A stretch of 63,981 bases of DNA, counting the filler, from Caldilineae bacterium (lineage in GTDB: Bacteria > Chloroflexota > Anaerolineae > DTLA01): assembly GCA_037446815.1 (NCBI GenBank). It is 5 parts of 5 records of this genome, joined end to end, with 100 filler letters (N's around TTAATTAATTAA, not from the genome) between each part and the next. Parts side by side here need not be neighbours in the genome. Positions count along the whole stretch, not along the records: positions 1 to 13,335 come from JBBIHX010000070.1; positions 13,436 to 26,640 come from JBBIHX010000071.1; 3 more parts are not named here. One strand, 5' to 3'. The notes beneath the pieces were generated by a model. That model made no database searches. It saw only the letters and a list, made by a program, of their open reading frames with translations, and had not been told where the DNA came from. Shown piece by piece: positions 10,733-20,518 of the stretch. Every line of letters begins with the position of its first letter. Position 1 is the stretch's first letter. A program made the translations under genes and the position numbers.

Positions 10733-12006
10733 GCCTGCGCCTCCACGATGGTCTCATCCCGCTCCGGGCCGACGGAGATCATGCGGATGGGCACGCCCAG
10801 GCGGTGCTCCAGGTAGGCGACGTAGGCGCGCGCGGCAGGGGGCAACGCCTGGCGGCTCCGCACATGGGAGATTTCGGCCTTCCAGCCGGGCAGGGTTTCG
10901 TACTCCGGCTCGCACAGGGCCAGGACATGAGTATCTGTAGGGAAGTCCGTGAGCGGCTGCCCCTTGTAGCGGTAGGCCACGCACACTTGAATTTGCGGGA
11001 AAGCGCCCAGCACGTCCAGTTTCGTCAGCGCCAATTCGGTGATGCCGTTGACCTGGATGGCGTAGCGCAGCGCCACCAGGTCCAGCCAGCCGGCCCTGCG
11101 TCGGCGGCCTGTGGTGGTGCCGTATTCGGCGCCGATGACGACCAACTGCTCGCCGATTTCATCGGTCAACTCGGTGGGGAATGGCCCCATGCCCACCCGC
11201 GTGGAGTACGCCTTCGCCACGCCGATGACGCGGCTCACATGGCCCGGGCCGATGCCCAGCCCCGTAAGCGCGCCCCCCGAGACGGGCGACGAACTGGTAA
11301 CATACGGGTAGGTGCCGTGATCCAAATCCAGCAGCGTGCCCTGGGCCCCTTCACACAGGATGGTCTTGCCTTCGGCCAGCCGCCGATGCACCAACTGCAC
11401 CGTGTCGGCGATGTGCGGGCGAAGGCGCGCCGCGTACTCCTGATACTGCAGGATGATGGCGTCCACCCCGGGCTCGGCCAGGCCGTAGGCGCGGAGCACG
11501 GGCGCCTTCTCCTCGGCGCGGGCGCGGATGGTCGCGGCCAGGCGGTCATCGTCCAGCATGTCGCCGACGCGGATGCCCGTGCGGGCGGCCTTATCGGCAT
11601 AGGCGGGGCCGATGCCTCGGCGGGTGGTGCCGATTTTGGAGCCGCCGCGCGCCGCCTCCTGCGCCTCGTCCAGCGCCAGGTGCCAGGGCATGATGAGGTG
11701 GGCCGCGCTGCTCACCCGCACCCGCGAGACATCCACGCCGCGCGCGGCCAGGCCGTCCAGTTCCTGCACCAGCCGCGCCGGGTTGATGACCATCCCGCTG
11801 CCGAGGATGCATTCGGTGCCCGGGTGCAGCACGCCCGACGGGATGAGGTGCAGCGCGAACCGTTCGCCGAGCACCACGACGGTGTGGCCCGCGTTGTCTC
11901 CTCCGCCGTAGCGCGCCACCACGTCCACCTGCGCGGCGAGCAGGTCGGTGATCTTCCCCTTTCCCTCATCGCCCCACTGGGCGCCAACAAGGATAATGGC
12001 AGGCAC
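10729..12006 (-). CDS. purA: adenylosuccinate synthetase
   Basis: GAQWGDEGKGK, EGAQG.LLD.DHGTYPYVTSS, EYGTTTGR; GTG start at 12006. Confidence 0.97.
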   Translation of the reverse strand: MPAIILVGAQWGDEGKGKITDLLAAQVDVVARYGGGDNAGHTVVVLGERFALHLIPSGVLHPGTECILGSGMVINPARLVQELDGLAARGVDVSRVRVSSAAHLIMPWHLALDEAQEAARGGSKIGTTRRGIGPAYADKAARTGIRVGDMLDDDRLAATIRARAEEKAPVLRAYGLAEPGVDAIILQYQEYAARLRPHIADTVQLVHRRLAEGKTILCEGAQGTLLDLDHGTYPYVTSSSPVSGGALTGLGIGPGHVSRVIGVAKAYSTRVGMGPFPTELTDEIGEQLVVIGAEYGTTTGRRRRAGWLDLVALRYAIQVNGITELALTKLDVLGAFPQIQVCVAYRYKGQPLTDFPTDTHVLALCEPEYETLPGWKAEISHVRSRQALPPAARAYVAYLEHRLGVPIRMISVGPERDETIVEAQA

Positions 12007-12034
12007 GGGTGTAGGTCTCCTTCCTGGCGTCGGG

Positions 12035-13219
12035 CTACTCGCCCAACATCCGCGCGGCCAGGGCCGCATACACGCGCGCCGCCGCGACTAGGTCATCCAC
12101 CTTGACCTGGTCATCCACTGTGTGGGCCAGCGTCTCATCGCCCGGGCCGAACCCGACCGTGGGGATGCCGGCAACGCCCATGGTATAGACCCCATCGGTA
12201 GAGAAGGCCCAGCGCTCCAGGCGCGGGCGGTAGCCCAGCGTCTGCCTCACTGTCTGGGCGACCGCCTGCACCAGTGGATGATCCTCGGGCACAACCCACG
12301 CCGGATAGGAATCCCGCACGTGGGCGCGGTAGCCCGTGTAACTCACGATGTCCCACTCGCTCACGGCAACGTCCGCCTTCATGCGCTCCCGGGCCACGAT
12401 GTGCTGAATCTCGGCGAGCGCCTTGGCCTCCGTCTCGCCCAGGGTAAGCCGCCGGTCTAGGTAGAACGTGCACGCGGCCGGGATGGCGTTGCGGCTTCCC
12501 GCCGTGCTCTCAATCTGGGTAACGGCCAGCGTGCCGGGGCCCAGGAACGGATCGGACATGAACTTGAGGGAAAGGAGTTCGGTCTCAAAGATGATGCGGG
12601 CAGCGGCGTTGATGGCGTTGCGGCCCTGTTCGGGCGAGCAGGCATGGCACGCGCGCCCGTGGGTGGTAACCCGAATCTCTACGCGTCCCCGCTGGCCTCT
12701 GGACACGTGCAGGTTCGTCGCCTCGCCCAGCACGACGAAGTCGGGACGGATGCCTTCCTCCTCAATGAGCACCTTCATCCCAAGTCCTTCGGCGGGCTCC
12801 TCCTGCACGACGCCCACGAGGTACAGCGTCCCCTTCAGGCGCGGGGCATGGGCCAGAATGGCGGGCGCGGCGTAGGCCATGGCCGCCAGCGCGCCCTTCA
12901 TGTCCACCGCCCCCAAGCCGTATAGGACGCCGTTCTCCAGTTCGGCGGCGTAGGGATCGCGCTTCCACTGCTTGAGGTCGCCCGGCCCTACGGTGTCCAT
13001 GTGCCCGTTGTACAGCAGGATGGGCGGCTCGCCGCTGCCCAGTCGCCCCACCACGTTGCCGATGCGATCCGTGAAGACGTCCTGCCAGCCCAGCCGCCGC
13101 ATCTCCTCGGCCAGCCGCTGGGCCACCGCGCCCTCTTGCCCAGAGGGGCTTGGGATGTGAATCAGTTCCCGCGCAAATTGCACAAGCGCGTCTCGGTCAA
13201 TTTCCATCGCTCGGATCAT
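12035..13219 (-). CDS. M20 metallo-hydrolase, YgeY-like
   Basis: GHMDTV, GAVDMKG, QEE, GEAT, GQRGR, WAFSTDG and AHT motifs. Confidence 0.85.
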   Translation of the reverse strand: MIRAMEIDRDALVQFARELIHIPSPSGQEGAVAQRLAEEMRRLGWQDVFTDRIGNVVGRLGSGEPPILLYNGHMDTVGPGDLKQWKRDPYAAELENGVLYGLGAVDMKGALAAMAYAAPAILAHAPRLKGTLYLVGVVQEEPAEGLGMKVLIEEEGIRPDFVVLGEATNLHVSRGQRGRVEIRVTTHGRACHACSPEQGRNAINAAARIIFETELLSLKFMSDPFLGPGTLAVTQIESTAGSRNAIPAACTFYLDRRLTLGETEAKALAEIQHIVARERMKADVAVSEWDIVSYTGYRAHVRDSYPAWVVPEDHPLVQAVAQTVRQTLGYRPRLERWAFSTDGVYTMGVAGIPTVGFGPGDETLAHTVDDQVKVDDLVAAARVYAALAARMLGE

Positions 13220-13232
13220 CGTTCCCCTCGCA

Positions 13233-13335
13233 GATTCGGTTGCATCTTGTGTTGGTCTGCACCGCGCGCCGCCTCCCCACTCTGTCATGCTGAGCCGAAG
13301 GCGAAACGCCCTCGCCCTTCGGGAGAGGGCCGGGG
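13233..13335 (+). repeat. truncated MITE/REP composite at the contig end
   Basis: GATTCGGTTGCATCTTGTGTTGGT left end, CTCTGTCATGCTGAGCCGAAGG and CCCTCGCCCTTCGGGAGAGGG, all found at other loci. Confidence 0.7.
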
Positions 13336-13435
13336 NNNNNNNNNNNNNNNNNNNNNNNNNNNNNNNNNNNNNNNNNNNNTTAATTAATTAANNNNNNNNN
13401 NNNNNNNNNNNNNNNNNNNNNNNNNNNNNNNNNNN
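13336..13435. other. artificial contig linker
   Basis: N-run flanking TTAATTAATTAA (stops in all frames). Confidence 0.97.
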
Positions 13436-13619
13436 AGCGAAGGGTCTCGGGTTGCGAGATTCTTCGCCGCTTCGCGGCTCAGAATGGCGGGTCTTGTAGC
13501 CGCGAATGCGCGCGAACCCGCGCGAAGGGGAACAACGCGCGACGCGCCTCGCAGGCGCGTGCCACGTGCACTGTTCGCTGGTACCGTCCCGATGAAGCCG
13601 AGTCTCCTCCGAGGCCCGC

Positions 13620-13668
13620 TTGACATGCAGATGCAAAAGGCATACAATATAAACGAACGTTCGTTTAT
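13620..13668 (+). promoter_or_regulatory. tetR promoter and palindromic operator
   Basis: TTGACA (13620-13625), N17, TACAAT (13643-13648), then perfect 20-bp palindrome ATAAACGAACGTTCGTTTAT (13649-13668). Confidence 0.85.
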
Positions 13669-13681
13669 CCAGGTGCTTGTG

Positions 13682-14302
13682 ATGGGCGAACCGCGAACGA
13701 AAGGCCAGCAGACCCACAGGGCCATCCTAGACGCGGCGCGGGCCCGATTCATCCGCCAGGGCTACGCGGCTACGACCATGCGCCAGATCGCCCGCGACGC
13801 CGGTATCACCGTGGCCGCCATCTACAACCACTTCGCGGGGAAGGAAGAGATCTTTGACACCCTGCTGCGTCAAGCGATGCCGCTGGAGGAACTGTCTGCC
13901 CTGGTGGACGTATCCCAGGGCGACACGCCGGAGGCGGCCGTGCGGCGGTTGTTCCGCGGCATGACCGATCTCCTCGCAACCCACCAGGACTACATCGCCC
14001 TGGCGCTGATAGACGCGCAGGAGCGCGATGGGGCGACGCTGGTTAGCCTCGTGCCCATGATGTTTGAGCGCGTCGTGGGTCTGCACGCCAAACTGGTGGT
14101 CTTGGGTTCCGAGCGGGGCGGGCTTCGCCCCATCCCACCGCACGTCTTTGGCCGCGCCCTCGTTAGCCTAATCGTGGGCTACGCGCTGACGGAACGCGTC
14201 ATCAAGCCGCAGACGACGCTACGGCTCCCCGCGACCGACTGGGCCGATGCGCTGGCCGACGTGTTCCTGCACGGAACGATGAAGGGCGAGGGCGACCGGT
14301 AG
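13682..14302 (+). CDS. TetR/AcrR family transcriptional regulator
   Basis: ILDAA..F..GY..TTMRQIA..AGIT.AAIYNHF..KEEI HTH; ATG 13682. Confidence 0.93.
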   Translation: MGEPRTKGQQTHRAILDAARARFIRQGYAATTMRQIARDAGITVAAIYNHFAGKEEIFDTLLRQAMPLEELSALVDVSQGDTPEAAVRRLFRGMTDLLATHQDYIALALIDAQERDGATLVSLVPMMFERVVGLHAKLVVLGSERGGLRPIPPHVFGRALVSLIVGYALTERVIKPQTTLRLPATDWADALADVFLHGTMKGEGDR

Positions 14303-14418
14303 GGGAACACGGCGCGTGGAATGATTCGGGCGCAGGGCAGGGGAAACCCATTTCATTCTCGCTGCGGCCTCTGCGCCTTGGCGGTGAAGGACTCCAGCAC
14401 AAGCAGGAGGAACAGCCT

Positions 14419-15141
14419 ATGGAAGCCATCGTGGAAACCCACAGCATCCGCAAGCACTTCGGGGCCATCCGCGCGGTGGATGGCGTGGACCTGGCCGTGC
14501 GCGCCGGCGAAATCTACGGGCTACTGGGGCCCAACGGTTCGGGCAAGACGACGCTCATCCGCCTCATCGTCGGCCTGTTGCGCCCGACCGAGGGCCGCGC
14601 CACCGTCCTGGGCCACACCGTCCCCGACAAGTCGCTCCTCGCCGAAGTGGGCTACATGCCCCAGGCCAACGCACTGTACGAAGACCTGACGGTGCGCGAG
14701 AACATCGCCTTCTTCGGCGACATGTGCGGCGGCGTATCGCGCGGCAGGGTGGACGAACTCATCGCCCTGGTGGACCTGGAAGACCGCGCCGATAGCCTCA
14801 TCCGCACCCTGTCGGGCGGGATGCGGCAGCGCGCCTCGCTGGCCTGCGCCCTGGTGCACAGGCCGCGCCTTCTGCTGCTGGACGAGCCGACGGTGGGCGT
14901 GGATCCCCAACTGCGCGTCGCCTTCTGGGAGCATTTCCGCCAACTGGCGAGCGAGGGCGCAACGCTCATCATCTCCAGCCACGTCATGGACGAGGCCGAG
15001 CGGTGCGACCGACTGGGGTTCATGCGCCAGGGGCGCTTGCTGGCCGAGGGGAGCGCCCGCGAACTGCGCGAGAGAGCCGGCGCGGACACGCTGGAGCAGG
15101 CGTTCATCCGCTTCGCCGAGACCGGCCTGGAGGGGAGGTAG
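14419..15141 (+). CDS. ABC-2 type transporter ATP-binding protein
   Basis: GPNGSGKT, LSGGMRQR, LLDEPT. Confidence 0.95.
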   Translation: MEAIVETHSIRKHFGAIRAVDGVDLAVRAGEIYGLLGPNGSGKTTLIRLIVGLLRPTEGRATVLGHTVPDKSLLAEVGYMPQANALYEDLTVRENIAFFGDMCGGVSRGRVDELIALVDLEDRADSLIRTLSGGMRQRASLACALVHRPRLLLLDEPTVGVDPQLRVAFWEHFRQLASEGATLIISSHVMDEAERCDRLGFMRQGRLLAEGSARELRERAGADTLEQAFIRFAETGLEGR

Positions 15142-15143
15142 CC

Positions 15144-16292
15144 ATGAGCGCACGGAGAATCGCAGCACTGGTCAGGCGCATCCTGCGGCAGGTCCTGCGG
15201 GATCGCCGCACGGTGGGATTGCTTATCCTGGTGCCCATCTTCGTCCTCACCCTGGGCGCCATCCTGTTCCGCGCCAAGGCGTCGCCCATCCCGCTGGGCG
15301 TGGTGAACCTTGACCAGGGCATGAGCACGCCGTTGGCGGCGCAACCCATCGCCATCGGCGAGCGCATCGGGCGAGAACTGGCCGCCGACACGGCCTTTGA
15401 CGTGCGCGAGTTGGACAGCGCCGATGCCGACGAATCCCTGCGGAGCGGCGAGGTGCAGGGCGTGCTGGTGCTCCCCGCCGACCTTTCGGCCCAGTTCGCG
15501 CGCACTCGGCAGGTGGCCCTGGACCTGCGACTGGAAGGCTCCAACCCCGGCCGCAGCGCCGCCATCGCCGCGCGGGTAACCCAGGCGGCCATACGGGCGC
15601 TGGCGGGCATGGCCGCGCCGGGAGCCGCAAGCGCCGGCGGGACACTGCCGGTAACGGTCAACGCCACGTATCTGTACGCCGGCCCCGAGTTTGACACGCT
15701 GGACTTCGTCGCGCCGGTGTTCCTGGCGCTCCTGGTGATCTTCTTCGTGTTCCTGCTGACCTGCGTGTCGTTTCTGCGCGAGCGGGCGCAGGCCACGCTG
15801 GAGCGCCTGTTGGCGACGCCGGTGCGCCGCGCCGAGATCGTCCTGGGCTACATGGGCGGCCTGGGCATCTTCGCCCTGTTACAGGTAACCCTCATCCTCA
15901 CGTTCACCATCGTGGTGCTGAAGATTCACTATCTGGGAAGCCTGGCGCTGCTGTTCGTTGTGGCGGGGGTGCTGGCGGTCGTCTCGGTGAGCCTGGGGAT
16001 TCTGGCATCGGCCTTCGCCCGCAACGAGTTCCAGGCCGTGCAGTTCATCCCCTTGCTCATCATCCCGCAGATTCTGCTGGGCGGGACCATATGGGCGGTG
16101 GAGGACATGCCGGTCTACCTGCAGCCGCTGGCGTATCTTATGCCGCTCACCTACGCCAACCGCGCCCTGCGCGATGTGATGCTCAAGGGGTACGGGCTTG
16201 GGGAGATCTGGCCCAACCTGCTGATTCTGGCCGGCTTCGCCGTCGTCCTCACGCTGTTGGGGGTGCGCACGATGCGGCGCGAGGTGGCCTAA
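15144..16292 (+). CDS. ABC-2 type transporter permease
   Basis: RQVLRDRR, ER..TLERLLATP, multiple TM helices, PLTYA. Confidence 0.92.
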   Translation: MSARRIAALVRRILRQVLRDRRTVGLLILVPIFVLTLGAILFRAKASPIPLGVVNLDQGMSTPLAAQPIAIGERIGRELAADTAFDVRELDSADADESLRSGEVQGVLVLPADLSAQFARTRQVALDLRLEGSNPGRSAAIAARVTQAAIRALAGMAAPGAASAGGTLPVTVNATYLYAGPEFDTLDFVAPVFLALLVIFFVFLLTCVSFLRERAQATLERLLATPVRRAEIVLGYMGGLGIFALLQVTLILTFTIVVLKIHYLGSLALLFVVAGVLAVVSVSLGILASAFARNEFQAVQFIPLLIIPQILLGGTIWAVEDMPVYLQPLAYLMPLTYANRALRDVMLKGYGLGEIWPNLLILAGFAVVLTLLGVRTMRREVA

Positions 16293-16906
16293 CCCACAGC
16301 CCGCGGGCGGAAGGCGTCGGGGGCGGCGTCGCTAAGGGTGTACGCCCAGAACAGCGCCACCTCGCCCGTCTCCAGGTCGCGGTTGGTGTAATACTCGTCG
16401 CGGATTCCCACGAGTCGGCACCCGACCCGCTCATAGAAGCGGCACGCCGGAACGTTGTTCGTCTGCGTTTCCACGACGATGGCGCGCAGGTTCTGCTTCC
16501 GCGCCCAGGCCACGCCCCGCGCAAACAGGGCGCGTCCCAGTCCTTGCCGCCGCCACGCCCAGTCCACCCGCAGGTTCCACAAGAAGCCCGTGTTGTTCCA
16601 GGCGATGATCTCCATGTCCAGCAGGCCGACGAGGCGACCTCCGGCCTCGGCCACGAGCACCAGGCAGTCGGGCCGACGGGCGCGCGCCGCGATTTCCTCC
16701 ACATCCTCGGGCCCGAAATCGTAGGCCGCGCCTTTGTCATACGGCTCGGCCAGCCGCACCTCCTCAAGCCGCCACGACACCTCAAGCCCTTCGCCATGCT
16801 TGTGAACGCGCAGCACGGTAGGGGACGTGAACGTGGGGTTGATTTCGGTCAGGCGGTCGGCGTCAGAAGGGCGAAATCCACGTATCGCCCATGAATCCAA
16901 AGGCAT
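16289..16906 (-). CDS. GNAT family N-acetyltransferase (Sat-like)
   Basis: RRQGLGRAL acetyl-CoA motif; ETQTNNVPACRFYE. Confidence 0.88.
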   Translation of the reverse strand: MPLDSWAIRGFRPSDADRLTEINPTFTSPTVLRVHKHGEGLEVSWRLEEVRLAEPYDKGAAYDFGPEDVEEIAARARRPDCLVLVAEAGGRLVGLLDMEIIAWNNTGFLWNLRVDWAWRRQGLGRALFARGVAWARKQNLRAIVVETQTNNVPACRFYERVGCRLVGIRDEYYTNRDLETGEVALFWAYTLSDAAPDAFRPRAVG

Positions 16907-17222
16907 CCTCCTCGCTCACGGAAGCGCCTGTCGCCCGATCGCTCATCGCCGCGCGGCACGCCCGCAGGAAGAGCAGCGCCTCGGCCAGCAGCGGACGCAA
17001 GGCGCACCGTTCCGCGCCGTCGGGCAGCCTCTGGAAATGCTCCAGGAGCAGGGTCAGGCGATAGTAGAACAGGCCGAACTCCAGCCAGTGCAGTCGCCCT
17101 GGGCAGGCGTCCAGCCCCAGGTACTGGGCCACCTGTCGGCGCACCAGCGCGCGGCGGAGCAGCGACCGTTCGCGCTCCGTGTCCACTCCGAATTGGGGGT
17201 ACGTATTGCCTGACCATGCCAT
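16863..17222 (-). CDS. hypothetical protein
   Basis: 119-aa ORF filling the gap between DegV and the GNAT; no recognised motif. Confidence 0.45.
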   Translation of the reverse strand: MAWSGNTYPQFGVDTERERSLLRRALVRRQVAQYLGLDACPGRLHWLEFGLFYYRLTLLLEHFQRLPDGAERCALRPLLAEALLFLRACRAAMSDRATGASVSEEDAFGFMGDTWISPF

Positions 17223-17311
17223 GGGCGCAGTGTAGCAGAGGGCGTGGCGCTGTCAAATCGCGCTGCGGCGCGTGCCTCATCCCGGCCCGCTCCCGTGGGC
17301 GAGAACCGGCC

Positions 17312-18154
17312 CTACGCCGCCACGAAGAACCCGACACCCAGCACGCCCGGCCCGCCGTGGGTAACGATGGCCGGCGGCACGTCCAGCATCGGGATGTCGC
17401 GCAGGCCCAACGCCGCGCCCAACTCCTCGGCCAGCGCCTGCCCCTGCTCCGGCACGCCCGCGTGCATCACCGACAGATACCCCTCGCCGTCGCGTGGGTA
17501 CTGCTCCATGACCACCGCCTTGAGTCGGGCCAGCGCGCGCTTGTGGGTGCGTTCTTTGTCAAATTGGTCCACCTTGCCGTCGCGGAACGTGAGGATGGGC
17601 TTGATTTGCAGGACGCCACCCAACAGCGCCGCCGCCCCGCCGATACGCCCGCCCTTGGCCAGGTACTCCAGCGTGTCCACCAGGAAGTAGATGCGGCAGC
17701 GCGGAATCATGCCCCGCAGCCGCGCCTCAATCTCATCGGCGCTGGCCCCCGCCTCGGCCCACTGTGCCGCCAGCGTTACCATGGTCGCCAGGGGGCTGGC
17801 GATCACCCGCGAGTCAATCACGCGGATGTCGGCATCCGGAAAGTCCTCCTTGGCGACCGTCGCCGAGCGCACCGTCCCGCTCACCTCCGCCGACGGGTGG
17901 ATGCACAGGATGGGCTCGCCGGTGGGAATCAGCCGCCGGAACTCCTGCGCGAACAGTTCCGGCGGCGGCGCGGCGGTCTTGGGCAATTCCCTGGACGTGG
18001 TGAGCCGCGCCATGAACGTGGCATTGTCCATCTCCACGCCCTCAAGATACGAATCTTTGCCGAAGATGATGACCTGCGGGATGACCGGAATGTCGTAGCG
18101 GCGCGCGATCTCGGCGGGCAGTCCGGCTGTGGTGTCCGTGATGATTTTGACCAT
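17312..18154 (-). CDS. DegV family fatty-acid-binding protein
   Basis: KIITDTT, PKTAAP, S.EVSGT, LEYLAKGGRIG, HGGPG. Confidence 0.93.
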   Translation of the reverse strand: MVKIITDTTAGLPAEIARRYDIPVIPQVIIFGKDSYLEGVEMDNATFMARLTTSRELPKTAAPPPELFAQEFRRLIPTGEPILCIHPSAEVSGTVRSATVAKEDFPDADIRVIDSRVIASPLATMVTLAAQWAEAGASADEIEARLRGMIPRCRIYFLVDTLEYLAKGGRIGGAAALLGGVLQIKPILTFRDGKVDQFDKERTHKRALARLKAVVMEQYPRDGEGYLSVMHAGVPEQGQALAEELGAALGLRDIPMLDVPPAIVTHGGPGVLGVGFFVAA

Positions 18155-18224
18155 AAGGGCGCCTCCTCTCGTGGGGAATCGGTTGCGCGTATTATACAGG
18201 CGGTTTGCGCGCGCGTAAAGGCCG

Positions 18225-18600
18225 CGGTTGTATCCACGGATAGCGCGGATTGGGCGGATGGGGGGAAGGCGAGATTCTTCGGTGCTTCGCGGCTCAGAAT
18301 GACAGTTCTGGCAACCGCGGACAACGCGGATTGGGCGGATGGGCGCGAGATTCCTCGGCTCTTCGCGCCTCGGAATGACAGTTCGTGTAACCGCGAATAA
18401 CGCGAATCCACACGAATAGGGCGGGGGCAGCCCCGAAGGGGCTTCCTCCCCGCAGCGCGGGGGTTTAGCCCCGCGCTGTCGTGCTCCCTCGCCCGCTGGG
18501 AGAGGGCTGGGGTGAGGGGCACGTGCGACGCACCTCCGAGGTGCGTCGCACGTTGTCCCTCATCCGTAATGGCGAGCGAAGGGGAGCAATCCCACATCAG
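18225..18600. repeat. stack of several palindromic repeat families
   Basis: GAGATTCTTC..CTCAGAATGAC x2, CCGCGAATAACGCGAAT, CCCTCGCCC..GGGAGAGGG and ACGTGCGACGCACCTCCGAGGTGCGTCGCACGT (18521-18553). Confidence 0.8.
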
Positions 18601-18720
18601 ACTTCGCAGCCGCGTTGAACCTCTCGCCGTCTTGCGCGTATTGTACTTGCGGAGTATACTCGTGTTGTCCCGCACAAATCTGCGCAGGAACGGCCTGCAA
18701 CTCGCCTTCGGGAGACCCTC

Positions 18721-20508
18721 GTGGAGAAGCGTGAATTCACGGTTGCAAACGAATACCGGTACAACCGCTCGGGGCCGTTGCGCTGGGTTGCCTCGCACAT
18801 CCTGCGCTATCCCTGGCTGCCCGCGGCTACCATCCTGCTGGCCATTCTGGTCAGCATCCTCACCAGCACCAACTCGGTGTTGGTGGGGCGAGCCTTTGAC
18901 CTGGTGGCCGCACCCGGAACCACGCCGACGATGGTGATGCACGCGGCGCTGGTCATCCTGGCCATCGGCGCGGGGCAGGGGATCGCTCAACTAGTGCGCA
19001 ACCTGGCCGTGGAGATGCTGGCCCAGTTGGTGGAGCGCGACGCCCGCGACGAACTGTACCTGAGCCTGCTGGGCAAGAGCCTCACCTTCCACGGGCGGCA
19101 GCGCATCGGCGACATCATGGCCCGCGCCACCAACGACGTGCACATGCTGAACCTCATGATTAGCCCCGGCCTGGTGTTCGTCTTCGCGGCGCTGGTGGGC
19201 CTCATCGTGCCCATCGCGGCCATCCCGCTCAACCTGCGCTGGGATTTGCTCCTGTCGCCGCTGGTGTTCGTGGTGCTGTTCGCCATTACCCTGCGGCGCT
19301 ACATCCGCGAGTTGGACCCCGTGGTGGGGGCGGTGCGCGAGCGGTTCGGCCTGATGAATGCGCGCCTAGCCGAGACCATTGAGGGCATCCAAGTGGTGAA
19401 GGGCAGCGCCCAGGAGCGCCAGGAGCAGAACATCTTCCTGGAAAACGCGCGCAAGTTCCGCGACATGTACGTCCTGCAGGGCAAGATAGAGGGGCGCTAC
19501 TTACCCTTGCTCATGCTCAGCATCACGACGGCGGGCGGGTTTCTCCACGCCCTGCTCCTGTATCGGCAGGGGGCCATCACCGTCGGCGAGGTGGTGGCCT
19601 ACATGGGCCTCCTGCGGCTGCTGGGATTCCCCACGTTCATCTCCATCTGGACCTTCGCGCTCATCCAGTTGGGGGTTGCCAGCGCCCGCCGCATCCTGCA
19701 ACTCATCAACACCGAGACGGAACTGGACGAGAACCCGCAGGGCGTGGCCAAGCCCATCCGCGGCGAGATTGAGTTTGACCACGTGTCCTTCGCCTATGAC
19801 GGGACGCCGGTCCTGCAGGACATCTCGTTTCGCGCCAATCCAGGCGAGACGATTGCCATCGTCGGCGAGACCGGCTCGGGCAAGAGCACGCTCACCAAAC
19901 TGGTCAACCGCACCTACGACGTAACGGCGGGCCGCGTGCTGGTGGATGGCGTGGACGTGCGCGACTGGAACATGGCGTCGCTGCGCTCGCAAATCTCGGC
20001 CATTGAGCAGGACATCTTCCTATTCTCGCGCTCCATCGCCGACAACATCGCCTTTGGCGCGCCCGAGACGGCGACGATGGAGGACATCCGCCGCGCCGCC
20101 CGCGAGGCCCAGGCCCACGACTTCATCATGAGTTTCGCCAACGACTACGCCACGGAAATCGGCGAGCGCGGGGTTACCCTGTCGGGCGGGCAGCGCCAGC
20201 GCCTGGCCATCGCCCGCGCCTTTCTCACCGACCCGCGCATCCTTATCCTGGACGATTCCACCAGCGCCATTGACAGCGCCACCGAGGACGAAATCCAGAA
20301 GGCCATGCGGCGCATCATGAAGGGCCGGACGACGCTGCTCATCACCCACCGCCTGTCGCAAATCCGCTGGGCCGACCGCATTCTGGTGCTGCGGCGCGGC
20401 AGGCTGGTGGACCAGGGCACGCACGATGAACTGCTGGCGCGGTGCGAGGACTACCGGCGCATCTTCGCGCGCTACGGCGTGGCCGCGCCCGCCCAGAAGC
20501 AAACGTGA
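18721..20508 (+). CDS. ABC exporter subunit A (TMD+NBD, degenerate Walker B)
   Basis: GETGSGKS, LSGGQRQR, ILDDSTSAID. Confidence 0.93.
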   Translation: MEKREFTVANEYRYNRSGPLRWVASHILRYPWLPAATILLAILVSILTSTNSVLVGRAFDLVAAPGTTPTMVMHAALVILAIGAGQGIAQLVRNLAVEMLAQLVERDARDELYLSLLGKSLTFHGRQRIGDIMARATNDVHMLNLMISPGLVFVFAALVGLIVPIAAIPLNLRWDLLLSPLVFVVLFAITLRRYIRELDPVVGAVRERFGLMNARLAETIEGIQVVKGSAQERQEQNIFLENARKFRDMYVLQGKIEGRYLPLLMLSITTAGGFLHALLLYRQGAITVGEVVAYMGLLRLLGFPTFISIWTFALIQLGVASARRILQLINTETELDENPQGVAKPIRGEIEFDHVSFAYDGTPVLQDISFRANPGETIAIVGETGSGKSTLTKLVNRTYDVTAGRVLVDGVDVRDWNMASLRSQISAIEQDIFLFSRSIADNIAFGAPETATMEDIRRAAREAQAHDFIMSFANDYATEIGERGVTLSGGQRQRLAIARAFLTDPRILILDDSTSAIDSATEDEIQKAMRRIMKGRTTLLITHRLSQIRWADRILVLRRGRLVDQGTHDELLARCEDYRRIFARYGVAAPAQKQT

Positions 20509-20518
20509 GGGATACCCT

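Noticed and set aside
13336..13435. TTAATTAATTAA palindrome as a biological site
   Set aside because: It is embedded in N-runs at four places and is an artificial all-frame-stop contig linker.
16289..16906. GNAT as a bona fide streptothricin resistance gene
   Set aside because: Only family-level motif similarity and no mobile context; the substrate cannot be assigned.
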